Positions 27,201-41,479 of a stretch of 64,000 nucleotides of DNA are shown in pieces. The first letter of the stretch is position 1; the number at the start of each line of letters is the position of its first letter. The translations under genes and the position numbers were made by a program. The DNA comes from Eledone cirrhosa (taxonomy: Eukaryota): assembly GCA_964016885.1 (NCBI GenBank), contig OZ024743.1, positions 325,128,001 through 325,192,000 on the forward strand, read 5' to 3'. Below the pieces are notes generated by a model. It worked only from the letters and a program-made list of their open reading frames with translations, was not told the origin of the DNA and made no database searches.

Positions 27201-30200
27201 TAGAGAGACAACAACAATATACAGTGTGTTGTAGCTACAGACCTCTGTAGAGAGACAATAATATACAGTGTGTTGTAGCTACAGACCTCTGTAGAGAGAC
27301 AACAACAATATACAGTGTGTTGTAGCTACAGACCTCTGTAGAGAGACAACAACAATATACAGTGTGTTGTAGCTACAGACATCTGTAGAGAGACAACAAC
27401 AATATACAGTGTGTTGTAGCTACATACCTGTGTAGAGAGACAACAGCAATATACAGTGTGTTGTAGCTACAGATCTCTGTAGAGAGACAACAACAATATA
27501 CAGTGGGTTGTAGCTACAGACCTCTGTAGAGAGACAACAATACACAGTGTGTTGTAGCTACAGACCTCTGTAGAGAGACAACAATACACAGTGTGTTGTA
27601 GCTACAGACCTCTGTAGAGAGACAACAACAATATACAGTGTGTTGTAGCTACAGACCTCTGTAGAGAGACAACAACAATATACAGTGTGTTATAGCTACA
27701 GACCTGTGTAGAGAGACAACAACAATATACAGTGTGTTGTAGCTACAGACATCTGTAGAGAGACAACAACAATATACAGTGTGTTGTAGCTACAGACCTG
27801 TGTAGAGAGACAACAACAATATACAGTGTGTTGTAGCTACAGATCTCTGTAGAGAGACAACAACAATATACAGTGGGTTGTAGCTACAGACCTCTGTAGA
27901 GACAACAACAATATACAGTGTGTTGTAGCTACAGACCTCTGTAGAGAGACAACAATATACAGTGTGTTGTAGCTACAGACCTCTGTAGAGAGGCAATAAT
28001 ATACAGTGTGTTGTAGCTACAGACCTCTGTAGAGAGACAACAACAATATACAGTGTGTTGTAGCTACAGACCTCTGTAGAGAGACAATAATATACAGTGT
28101 GTTGTAGCTACAGACCTCTGTAGAGAGACAACAACAATATACAGTGTGTTGTAGCTACAGACCTCTGTAGAGAGACAATAATATACAGTGTGTTGTAGCT
28201 ACAGACCTCTGTAGAGAGACAACAACAATATACAGTGTGTTGTAGCTACAGACCTCTGTAGAGAGACAACAACATTATACAGTGTGTTGTAGCTACAGAC
28301 CTCTGTAGAGAGACAACAACAATATACAGTGTGTTGTAGCTACAGACCTCTGTAGAGAGACAGCAATATACAGTGTGTTGTAGCTACAGACCTCTGTAGA
28401 GAGACAACAATATACAGTGTGTTGTAGCTACAGACCTGTGTAGAGAGACAACAACAATATACAGTGTGTTGTAGCTACAGACCTCTGTAGAGAGACAACA
28501 ATATACAGTGTGTTGTAGCTACAGACCTGTGTAGAGAGACAACAACAATATACAGTGTGTTGTAGCTACAGACCTCTGTAGAGAGACAACAACAATATAC
28601 AGTGAGTTTTAGCTACAGACCTCTGTAGAGAGACAACAACAATATACAGTGTGTTGTAGCTACAGACCGCTGTAGAGAGACAACAACAATATACAGTGTG
28701 TTGTAGCTACAGACCTCTGCATTGAGACAACAATATACAGTGTGTTGTAGCTACAGACCTCTGTAGAGAGACAACAACAATATACAGTGTGTTGTAGCTA
28801 CAGACCTCTGTAGAGAGACAATAATATACAGTGTGTTGTAGCTACAGACCTCTGTAGAGAGACAATAATATACAGTGTGTTGTAGCTACAGATCTCTGTA
28901 GAGACAACAACAATATACAGTGTGTTGTAGCTACAGACCTCTGTAGAGAGACAACAATACACAGTGTGTTGTAGCTACAGACCTCTGTAGAGAGACAACA
29001 ACAATATACAGTGTGTTGTAGCTACAGACCTCTGTAGAGAGACAACAACAATATACAGTGTGTTGTAGCTACAGACCTCTGTAGAGAGACAACAACAATA
29101 TACAGTGTGTTGTAGCTACAGACCTGTGTAGAGAGACAACAACAATATACAGTGTGTTGTAGCTACAGACATCTGTAGAGAGACAACAACAATATACAGT
29201 GTGTTGTAGCTACAGACCTGTGTAGAGAGACAACAACAATATACAGTGTGTTGTAGCTACAGATCTCTGTAGAGAGACAACAACAATATACAGTGGGTTG
29301 TAGCTACAGACCTCTGTAGAGAGACAACAACAATATACAGTGTGTTGTAGCTACAGACCTCTATAGAGAGACAACAACAATATACAGTGTGTTGTAGCTA
29401 CAGATCGCTGTAGAGAGACAACAACAATATACAGTGGGTTGTAGCTACAGACCTCTGTAGAGAGACAACAACAATATACAGTGTGTTGTAGCTATAGACC
29501 TCTGTAGAGAGACAACAACGATATACAGTGTGTTGTAGCTACAGACCTCTGTAGAGAAACAACAACAATATACAGTGTGATGTAGCTACAGACCTCTCTA
29601 GAGAGACAACAACAATATACAGTGTGATGTAGCTACAGACCTCTGTAGAGAGACAACAACAATATACAGTGTGTTGTAGCTACAGACCTCTGTAGAGAGA
29701 CAACAACAATATACAGTGGGTTGTAGCTACAGACCTCTGTAGAGAGACAACAACAATACACAGTGTGTTGTAGCTACAGACTTCTGTAGAGAGACAACAA
29801 CAATATACAGTGTGTTGTAGCTACAGACCTCTGTAGAGAGACAACAACAACATACAGTGTGTTGTAGCTACAGACCTGTGTTGAGAGACAACAACAATAT
29901 ACAGTGTGTTGTAGCTACAGACTTCTGTAGAGAGACAACAACAATATACAGTGTGTTGTAGCTACAGACCTGTGTAGAGAGACAACAACAATATACAGTG
30001 TGTTGTAGCTACAGACATCTGTATAGAGACAACAACAATATACAGTGCGTTGTAGCTACAGACCTCTGTAGAGAGACAACAACAATATACAGTGTGTTGT
30101 AGCTACAGACTTCTGTAGAGAGACAACAACAATATACAGTGTGTTGTAGCTACAGACCTGTGTAGAGGGACAACAACAATATACAGTGTGTTGTAGCTAC

Positions 30201-31620
30201 AGACCTCTGTAGAGAGACAGCAATATACAGTGTGTTGTAGCTACAGACCTCTATAGAGAGACAACAACAATATACAGTGTGTTGTAGCTACAGACCTCTG
30301 TAGAGAGACAGCAATATACAGTGTGTTGTAGCTACAGACCTCTGTAGAGAGACAACAACAATATACAGTGGGTTGTAGCTACAGACCTCTGTAGAGAGAC
30401 AACAACACTATACAGTTGATGTAGCTACAGAACTCTGTAGAGAGACAACAACAATATACAGTGTGTTGTAGCTACAGACCTGTGTAGAGAGACAACAACA
30501 ATATACAGTGTGTTGTAGCTACAGACATCTGTAGAGAGACAACAACAATATACAGTGTGTTGTAGCTACAGACCTGTGTAGAGAGACAACAACAATATAC
30601 AGTGTGTTGTAGCTACAGATCTCTGTAGAGAGACAACAACAATATACAGTGGGTTGTAGCTACAGACCTCTGTAGAGACAACAACAATATACAGTGTGTT
30701 GTAGCTACAGACCTCTGTAGAGAGACAACAATATACAGTGTGTTGTAGCTACAGACGTCTGTAGAGAGGCAATAATATACAGTGTGTTGTAGCTACAGAC
30801 CTCTGTAGAGAGACAACAACAATATACAGTGTGTTGTAGCTACAGACCTCTGTAGAGAGACAATAATATACAGTGTGTTGTAGCTACAGACCTCTGTAGA
30901 GAGACAACAACAATATACAGTGTGTTGTAGCTACAGACCTCTGTAGAGAGACAATAATATACAGTGTGTTGTAGCTACAGACCTCTGTAGAGAGACAACA
31001 ACAATATACAGTGTGTTGTAGCTACAGACCTCTGTAGAGAGACAACAACATTATACAGTGTGTTGTAGCTACAGACCTCTGTAGAGAGACAACAACAATA
31101 TACAGTGTGTTGTAGCTACAGACCTCTGTAGAGAGACAGCAATATACAGTGTGTTGTAGCTACAGACCTCTGTAGAGAGACAACAATATACAGTGTGTTG
31201 TAGCTACAGACCTGTGTAGAGAGACAACAACAATATACAGTGTGTTGTAGCTACAGACCTCTGTAGAGAGACAACAATATACAGTGTGTTGTAGCTACAG
31301 ACCTGTGTAGAGAGACAACAACAATATACAGTGTGTTGTAGCTACAGACCTCTGTAGAGAGACAACAACAATATACAGTGAGTTTTAGCTACAGACCTCT
31401 GTAGAGAGACAACAACAATATACAGTGTGTTGTAGCTACAGACCGCTGTAGAGAGACAACAACAATATACAGTGTGTTGTAGCTACAGACCTCTGCATTG
31501 AGACAACAATATACAGTGTGTTGTAGCTACAGACCTCTGTAGAGAGACAACAACAATATACAGTGTGTTGTAGCTACAGACCTCTGTAGAGAGACAATAA
31601 TATACAGTGTGTTGTAGCTA
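21240..31620 (+). repeat. Direct tandem duplication with period 5,166 bp (~111 monomers)
   Basis: Rare markers at offset 5,166: 45-bp GATC monomer 21291/26457, AGCAACAG 21931/27097, GATCGCTG 24237/29403, CTACAGACGTCTGTAG 25583/30749. The flanks continue at offset 5,210 (one extra 44-mer). Confidence 0.88.
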
Positions 31621-33539
31621 CAGACCTCTGTAGAGAGACAATAATATACAGTGTGTTGTAGCTACAGATCTCTGTAGAGACAACAACAATATACAGTGTG
31701 TTGTAGCTACAGACCTCTGTAGAGAGACAACAATACACAGTGTGTTGTAGCTACAGACCTCTGTAGAGAGACAACAACAATATACAGTGTGTTGTAGCTA
31801 CAGACCTCTGTAGAGAGACAACAACAATATACAGTGTGTTGTAGCTACAGACCTCTGTAGAGAGACAACAACAATATACAGTGTGTTGTAGCTACAGACC
31901 TGTGTAGAGAGACAACAACAATATACAGTGTGTTGTAGCTACAGACATCTGTAGAGAGACAACAACAATATACAGTGTGTTGTAGCTACAGACCTGTGTA
32001 GAGAGACAACAACAATATACAGTGTGTTGTAGCTACAGATCTCTGTAGAGAGACAACAACAATATACAGTGGGTTGTAGCTACAGACCTCTGTAGAGACA
32101 ACAACAATATACAGTGTGTTGTAGCTACAGACCTCTGTAGAGAGACAACAATATACAGTGTGTTGTAGCTACAGACCTCTGTAGAGAGGCAATAATATAC
32201 AGTGTGTTGTAGCTACAGACCTCTGTAGAGAGACAACAACAATATACAGTGTATTGTAGCTACAGACCTCTGTAGAGAGACACTAATATACAGTGTGTTG
32301 TAGCTACAGACCTCTGTAGAGAGACAACAACAATATACAGTGTGTTGTAGCTACAGACCTGTGTAGAGAGACAACAACAATATACAGTGTGTTGTAGCTA
32401 CAGACCTGTGTAGAGAGACAACAACAATATACAGTGTGTTGTAGCTACAGACCTCTGTAGAGAGACAATAATATACAGTGTGTTGTAGCTACAGACCTCT
32501 GTAGGGAGACAACAACAATATACAGTGTGTTGTAGCTACAGACCTCTGTAGAGAGACAACAACAATATACAGTGTGTTGTAGCTACAGACCTCTCTAGAG
32601 AGACAACAACAATATACAGTGTGTTGTAGCTACAGACCTCTGTAGAGAGACAACAACAATATACAGTGTGTTGTAGCTACAGATCTCTGCAGAGAGACAA
32701 CAACAATATACAGTGGGTTGTAGCTACAGACTTCTGTAGAGAGACAACAACAATATACAGTGTGTTGTAGCTACAGACCTCTGTAGAGAGACAACAACAA
32801 TATACAGTGTGTTGTAGCTACAGACCTCTGTAGAGAGACAGCAATATACAGTGTGTTGTAGCTACAGACCTCTGTAGAGAGACAACAATATACAGTGTGT
32901 TGTAGCTACAGACCTCTGTAGAGAGACAACAACAATATACAGTGTGTTGTAGCTACAGATCTCTGTAGAGAGACAACAACAATATACAGTGTGTTGTAGC
33001 TACAGACCTCTGTAGAGAGACAACAACAATATACAGTGTGTTGTAGCTACAGACCTCTGTAGAGAGACAACAACAATATACAGTGTGTTGTAGCTACAGA
33101 CGTCTGTAGAGAGACAACAACAATATACAGTGTGTTGTAGCTACAGACCTGTGTAGAGAGACAACAACAATATACAGTGTGTTGTAGCTACAGACATCTG
33201 TAGAGAGACAACAACAATATACAGTGTGTTGTAGCTACAAACCTGTGTAGAGAGACAACAACAATATACAGTGTGTTGTAGCTACAGATCTCTGTAGAGA
33301 GACAACAACAATATACAGTGGGTTGTAGCTACAGACCTCTGTAGAGACAACAACAATATACAGTGTGTTGTAGCTACAGACCTCTGTAGAGAGACAACAA
33401 TATACAGTGTGTTGTAGCTACAGACTTCTGTAGAGAGACAACAACAATATACAGTGTGTTGTAGCTACAGACCTGTGTAGAGAGACAACAACAATATACA
33501 GTGTGTTGTAGCTACAGACCTGTGTAGAGAGACAACAAC

Positions 33540-36500
33540 AATATACAGTGTGTTTTAGCTAGAGACATCTGTAGAGAGACAACAACAATATACAGTGTGT
33601 TGTAGCTACAGACCTCTATAGAGAGACAACAACAATATACAGTGTGTTGTAGCTACAGATCGCTGTAGAGAGACAACAACAATATACAGTGGGTTGTAGC
33701 TACAGACCTCTGTAGAGAGACAACAACAATATACAGTGTGTTGTAGCTATAGACCTCTGTAGAGAGACAACAACGATATACAGTGTGTTGTAGCTACAGA
33801 CCTCTGTAGAGAAACAACAACAATATACAGTGTGATGTAGCTACAGACCTCTGTAGAGAGACAACAACAATATACAGTGTGTTGTAGCTACATACCTCTG
33901 TAGAGAGACAACAACAATATACAGTGTGTTGTAGCTACAGACCTCTGTAGAGAGACAACAACAATATACAGTGGGTTGTAGCTACAGACCTCTGTAGAGA
34001 GACAACAACAATACACAGTGTGTTGTAGCTACAGACTTCTGTAGAGAGACAACAACAATATACAGTGTGTTGTAGCTACAGACCTCTGTAGAGAGACAAC
34101 AACAACATACAGTGTGTTGTAGCTACAGACCTGTGTTGAGAGACAACAACAATATACAGTGGGTTGTAGCTACAGACCTCTGTAGAGAGACAACAACAAT
34201 ACACAGTGTGTTGTAGCTACAGACTTCTGTAGAGAGACAACAACAACATACAGTGTGTTGTAGCTACAGATCTCTGTAGAGAGACAACAACAATATACAG
34301 TGTGTTGTAGCTACAGACTTCTGTAGAGAGACAACAACAATATACAGTGTGTTGTAGCTACAGACCTGTGTAGAGAGACAACAACAATATACAGTGTGTT
34401 GTAGCTACAGACATCTGTATAGAGACAACAACAATATACAGTGCGTTGTAGCTACAGACCTCTGTAGAGAGACAACAACAATATACAGTGTGTTGTAGCT
34501 ACAGACTTCTGTAGAGAGACAACAACAATATACAGTGTGTTGTAGCTACAGACCTGTGTAGAGGGACAACAACAATATACAGTGTGTTGTAGCTACAGAC
34601 CTCTGTAGAGAGACAGCAATATACAGTGTGTTGTAGCTACAGACCTCTATAGAGAGACAACAACAATATACAGTGTGTTGTAGCTACAGACCTCTGTAGA
34701 GAGACAGCAATATACAGTGTGTTGTAGCTACAGACTTCTGTAGAGAGACAACAACAATATACAGTGTGATGTAGCTACAGACCTCTGTAGAGAGACAGCA
34801 ATATACAGTGTGTTGTAGCTACAGACCTCTGTAGAGAGACAACAACAATATACAGTGTGTTGTAGCTACAGACCTCTGTAGAGAGACAACAACAATATAC
34901 AGTGTGTTGTAGCTACAGACCTCTGTAGAGAGACAACAACAATATACAGTTGATGTAGCTACAGACCTCTGTAGAGAGACAACAACAATATACAGTGTGT
35001 TGTAGCTACAGACCTCTGTAGAGAGATAACAACAATATACAGTGTGTTGTAGCTACAGACCTCTGTAGAGAGACAACAACAATATACAGTGGGTTGTAGC
35101 TACAGACCTCTGTATAGAGACAACAACAATACACAGTGTGTTGTAGCTATAGCCTTCTGTAGAGAGACAACAACAATATACAGTGTGTTGTAGCTACAGA
35201 CCTCTGTAGAGAGACAACACTATACAGAGTGTTGTAGCTACAGACTTCTGTAGAGAGACAACAACAACATACAGTGTGTTGTAGCTACAGATCTCTGTAG
35301 AGAGACAACAACAATATACAGTGTGTTGTAGCTACAGACCTCTGTAGAGAGACAACAACAATATACAGTGTGTTGTAGCTACAGATCTCTGTAGAGAGAC
35401 AACAACAATATACAGTGGGTTGTAGCTACAGACCTGTGTTGAGAGACAACAACAATATACAGTGTGTTGTAGCTACGGACTTCTGTAGAGAGACAACAAC
35501 AATATACAGTGTGTTGTAGCTACAGACCTGTGTAGAGAGACAACAACAATATACAGTGTGTTGTAGCTACAGATCTCTGTAGAGAGACAACAACAATATA
35601 CAGTGGGTTGTAGCTACAGACCTCTGTAGAGACAACAACAATATACAGTGTGTTGTAGCTACAGACCTCTGTAGAGAGACAACAACAATATACAGTGTGT
35701 TGTAGCTACAGACCTGTGTAGAGGGACAACAACAATATACAGTGTGTTGTAGCTACAGACCTCTGTAGAGAGACAACAACAATATACAGTGTGTTGTAGC
35801 TACAGACTTCTGTAGAGAGACAACAACAATATACAGTGTGTTGTAGCTACAGACCTCTGTAGAGAGACAACAACAATATACAGTGTGTTGTAGCTACAGA
35901 CCTCTGTATTGAGACAACAATATACAGTGTGTTGTAGCTACAGACCTCTGTAGAGAGACAACAATACACAGTGTGTTGTAGCTACAGACCTCTGTAGAGA
36001 GACAACAACAATATACAGTGTGTTGTAGCTACAGACCTCTGTAGAGAGACAACAACAATATACAGTGTGTTGTAGCTACAGACCTCTGTAGAGAGACAAC
36101 AACAATATACAGTGTGTTGTAGCTACAGACTTCTGTAGAGAGACAACAACAATATACAGTGTGTTGTAGCTACAGACCTGTGTAGATAGACAACAACAAT
36201 ATACAGTGTGTTGTAGCTACAGACCTCTGTAGAGAGACAACAATATACAGTGTGTTGTAGCTACAACCTCTGTAGAGAGACAATAATATACAGTGTGTTG
36301 TAGCTACAGACCTCTGTAGAGAGACAACAACAATATACAGTGTGTCGTAGCTACAGACCTCTGTAGAGAGACAACAATATACAGTGTGTTGTAGCTACAG
36401 ACATCTGTAGAGAGACAACAACAATATACAGTGCGTTGTAGCTACAGACCTCTGTAGAGAGACAACAACAATATACAGTGTGTTGTAGCTACAGACCTCT

Positions 36501-36950
36501 GTAGAGAGACAACAACAATATACAGTGTGTTGTAGCTACAGACCTCTGTAGAGAGACAACAACAATATACAGTGTGTTGTAGCTACAGATCTCTGTAGAG
36601 AGACAACAACAATATACAGTGGGTTGTAGCTACAGACCTCTGTAGAGACAACAACAATATACAGTGTGTTGTAGCTACAGACCTCTTTAGAGAGACAACA
36701 ATATACAGTGTGTTGTAGCTACAGACCTCTGTAGAGAGACAATAATATACAGTGTGTTGTAGCTACAGACCTCTGTAGAGAGACAACAATATACAGTGTG
36801 TTGTAGCTACAGACCTCTGTAGAGAGACAACAACAATATACAGTGTGTTGTAGCTACAGATCTCTGTAGGGAGACAATAATATACAGTGTGTTGTAGCTA
36901 CAGACCTCTGTAGAGAAACAACAACAATACACAGTGTGTTGTAGCTACAG
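33540..36950 (+). repeat. Divergent monomer domain of the same satellite
   Basis: High density of rare alleles: GCTAGAG, CTCTATAG, GATCGC, GCTATAG, AACGAT, AGAAAC, GTGATG, TGTTGAG, GTATAG, GTGCGT, GAGGGAC, CAGTTGATG, GAGATAAC, AGCCTTC, TACGGAC, GTATTGAG, TACAACCTC, GTGTCGT. Confidence 0.8.
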
Positions 36951-39900
36951 ACCTCTGTAGAGAGACGACAACAATATACAGTGTGTTGTAGCTACAGACC
37001 TCTGTAGAGAGACAACAACAATATACAGTGTGTTGTAGCTACAGACCTCTGTAGAGAGACAACAACAATATACAGTGTGTTGTAGCTACAGACCTCTGTA
37101 GAGAGACAACAACAATATACAGTGTGTTGTAGCTACAGACCTCTGTAGAGAGACAGCAATATACAGTGTGTTGTAGCTACAGACCTCTGTAGAGAGACAA
37201 CAGCAATATACAGTGAGTTTTAGCTACAGACCTCTGTAGAGAGACAACAACAATATACAGTGTGTTGTAGCTACAGACCGCTGTAGAGAGACAACAACAA
37301 TATACAGTGTGTTGTAGCTACAGACCTCTGCATTGAGACAACAATATACAGTGTGTTGTAGCTACAGACCTCTGTAGAGAGACAACAACAATATACAGTG
37401 TGTTGTAGCTACAGACCTCTGTAGAGAGACAATAATATACAGTGTGTTGTAGCTACAGACCTCTGTAGAGAGACAACAACAATATACAGTGTGTTGTAGC
37501 TACAGACCTCTGTAGAGAGACAACAACAATATACAGTGTGTTGTAGCTACAGACCTGTGTAGAGAGACAACAACAATATACAGTGGGTTGTAGCTACAGA
37601 CTTCTGTAGAGAGACAACAACAATATACAGTGTGTTGTAGCTACAGACATCTGTAGAGAGACAACAACAATATACAGTGTGTTGTAGCTACAGACCTGTG
37701 TAGAGAGACAACAGCAATATACAGTGTGTTGTAGCTACAGATCTCTGTAGAAAGACAACAACAATATACAGTGGGTTGTAGCTACAGACCTCTGTAGAGA
37801 CAACAACAATATACAGTGTGTTGTAGCTACAGACCTCTGTAGAGAGACAACAACAATATACAGTGTGTTGTAGCTACAGATCTCTGTAGAGAGACAACAA
37901 CAATATACAGTGGGTTGTAGCTACAGACCTCTGTAGAGAGACAACAACAATATACAGTGTGTTGTAGCTACAGACCTCTTTAGAGAGACAACAATATACA
38001 GTGTGTTGTAGCTACAGACCTCTGTAGAGAGACAATAATATACAGTGTGTTGTAGCTACAGACCTCTGTAGAGAGACAACAATATACAGTGTGTTGTAGC
38101 TACAGACCTCTGTAGAGAGACAACAACAATATACAGTGTGTTGTAGCTACAGACATCTATAGAGAGACAACAACAATTTACAGTGTGTTGTAGCTACAGA
38201 CCTCTGTAGAGAGACAACAACAATATACAGTGTGTTGTAGCTACAGACCTCTGTAGAGAGACAACAACAATATACAGTGTGTTGTAGCTACAGATCTCTG
38301 TAGAGAGACAACAACAATATACAGTGGGTTGTAGCTACAGACCTCTGTAGAGACAACAACAATATACAGTGTGTTGTAGCTACAGACCTCTTTAGAGAGA
38401 CAACAATATACAGTGTGTTGTAGCTACAGACCTCTGTAGAGAGACAATAATATACAGTGTGTTGTAGCTACAGACCTCTGTAGAGAGACAACAATATACA
38501 GTGTGTTGTAGCTACAGACCTCTGTAGAGAGACAACAACAATATACAGTGTGTTGTAGCTACAGACATCTGTAGAGAGACAACAACAATATACACTGTGT
38601 TGTAGCTACAGACCTCTGTAGAGAGACAACAACAATATACAGTGTGTTGTAGCTACAGACCTCTGTAGAGAGACAACAACAATATACAGTGTGTTGTAGC
38701 TACAGACCTCTGTAGAGAGACAACAACAATATACAGTGTGTTGTAGCTACAGATCCCTGTAGAGAGACGACAACTATATACAGTGTGTTGTAGCTACAGA
38801 CCTCTGTAGAGAGACAACAACAATATACAGTGTGTTGTAGCTACAGACCTCTGTAGAGAGACAACAACAATATACAGTGTGTTGTAGCTACAGACCTCTG
38901 TAGAGAGACAACAACAATATACAGTGTGTTGTAGCTACAGACCTCTGTAGAGAGACAGCAATATACAGTGTGTTGTAGCTACAGACCTCTGTAGAGAGAC
39001 AACAATATACAGTGTGTTGTAGCTACAGACCTGTGTAGAGAGACAACAACAATATACAGTGTGTTGTAGCTACAGACCTCTGTAGAGAGACAACAATATA
39101 CAGTGTGTTGTAGCTACAGACCTGTGTAGAGAGACAACAACAATATACAGTGTGTTGTAGCTACAGACCTCTGTAGAGAGACAACAACAATATACAGTGA
39201 GTTTTAGCTACAGACCTCTGTAGAGAGACAACAACAATATACAGTGTGTTGTAGCTACAGACCGCTGTAGAGAGACAACAACAATATACAGTGTGTTGTA
39301 GCTACAGACCTCTGTAGAGAGACAACAACAATATACAGTGAGTGTTAGCTACAGACCTCTGTAGAGAGACAACAACAATATACAGTGTGTTGTAGCTACA
39401 GACCTCTGTAGAGAGACAACAACAATATACAGTGAGTTTTAGCTACAGACCTCTGTAGAGAGACAACAACAATATACAGTGTGTTGTAGCTACAGACCTC
39501 TGTAGAGAGACAACAACAATATACAGTGTGTTGTAGCTACAGACCTCTGCATTGAGACAACAATATACAGTGTGTTGTAGCTACAGACCTCTGTAGAGAG
39601 ACAACAACAATATACAGTGTGTTGTAGCTACAGACCTCTGTAGAGAGACAATAATATACAGTGTGTTGTAGCTACAGACCTCTGTAGAGAGACAACAACA
39701 ATATACACTGTGTTGTAGCTACAGACCTCTGTAGAGAGACAACAACAATATACAGTGTGTTGTAGCTACAGACCTGTGTAGAGAGACAACAACAATATAC
39801 AGTGTGTTGTAGCTACAGACTTCTGTAGAGAGACAACAACAATATACAGTGTGTTGTAGCTACAGACATCTGTAGAGAGACAACAACAATATACAGTGTG

Positions 39901-41479
39901 TTGTAGCTACATACCTGTGTAGAGAGACAACAGCAATATACAGTGTGTTGTAGCTACAGATCTCTGTAGAGAGACAACAACAATATACAGTGGGTTGTAG
40001 CTACAGACCTCTGTAGAGACAACAACAATATACAGTGTGTTGTAGCTACAGACCTCTGTAGAGAGACAACAATACACAGTGTGTTGTAGCTACAGACCTC
40101 TGTAGAGAGACAACAACAATATACAGTGTGTTGTAGCTACAGACCTCTGTAGAGAGACAACAACAATATACAGTGTGTTGTAGCTACAGACCTCCGTAGA
40201 GAGACAACAACAATATACAGTGTGTTGTAGCTACAGACCTGTGTAGAGAGACAACAACAATATACAGTGTGTTGTAGCTACAGACATCTGTAGAGAGACA
40301 ACAACAATATACAGTGTGTGGTAGCTACAGACCTGTGTAGAGAGACAACAACAATATACAGTGTGGTGTAGCTACAGATCTCTGTAGAGAGACAACAACA
40401 ATATACAGTGGGTTGTAGCTACAGACCTCTGTAGAGACAACAACAATATACAGTGTGTTGTAGCTACAGACCTCTGTAGAGAGACAACAATATACAGTGT
40501 GTTGTAGCTACAGACCTCTGTAGAGAGACAACAACAATATACAGTGTGTTGTAGCTACAGACCTCTGTAGAGAGACAACAACAATATACAGTGTGTTGTA
40601 GCTACAGACCTCTGTAGAGAGACAACAACAATATACAGTGTGTTGTAGCTACAGACCTCTGTAGAGAGACAACAACAATATACAGTGTGTTGTAGCTACA
40701 GACCTGTGTAGAGAGACAACAACAATATACAGTGTGTTGTAGCTACAGACCTGTGTAGAGAGACAACAACAATATACAGTGTGTTGTAGCTACAGACCTC
40801 TGTAGAGAGACAATAATATACAGTGTGTTGTAGCTACAGACCTCTGTAGGGAGACAACAACAATATACAGTGTGTTGTAGCTACAGACCTCTGTAGAGAG
40901 ACAACAACGATATACAGTGTGTTGTAGCTACAGACCTCTGTAGAGAGACAACAACAATATACAGTGTGTTGTAGCTACAGACCTCTGTAGAGAGACAACA
41001 ACAATATACAGTGTGTTGTAGCTACAGATCTCTGTAGAGAGACAACAACAATATACAGTGGGTTGTAGCTACAGACTTCTGTAGAGAGACAACAACAATA
41101 TACAGTGTGTTGTAGCTACAGACCTCTGTAGAGAGACAACAACAATATACAGTGTGTTGTAGCTACAGACCTCTGTAGAGAGACAGCAATATACAGTGTG
41201 TTGTAGCTACAGACCTCTGTAGAGAGACAACAATATACAGTGTGTTGTAGCTACAGACCTCTGTAGAGAGACAACAACAATATACAGTGTGTTGTAGCTA
41301 CAGATCTCTGTAGAGAGACAACAACAATATACAGTGTGTTGTAGCTACAGACCTCTGTAGAGAGACAACAACAATATACAGTGTGTTGTAGCTACAGACC
41401 TCTGTAGAGAGACAACAACAATATACAGTGTGTTGTAGCTACAGACCTCTGTAGAGAGACAACAACAATATACAGTGTG

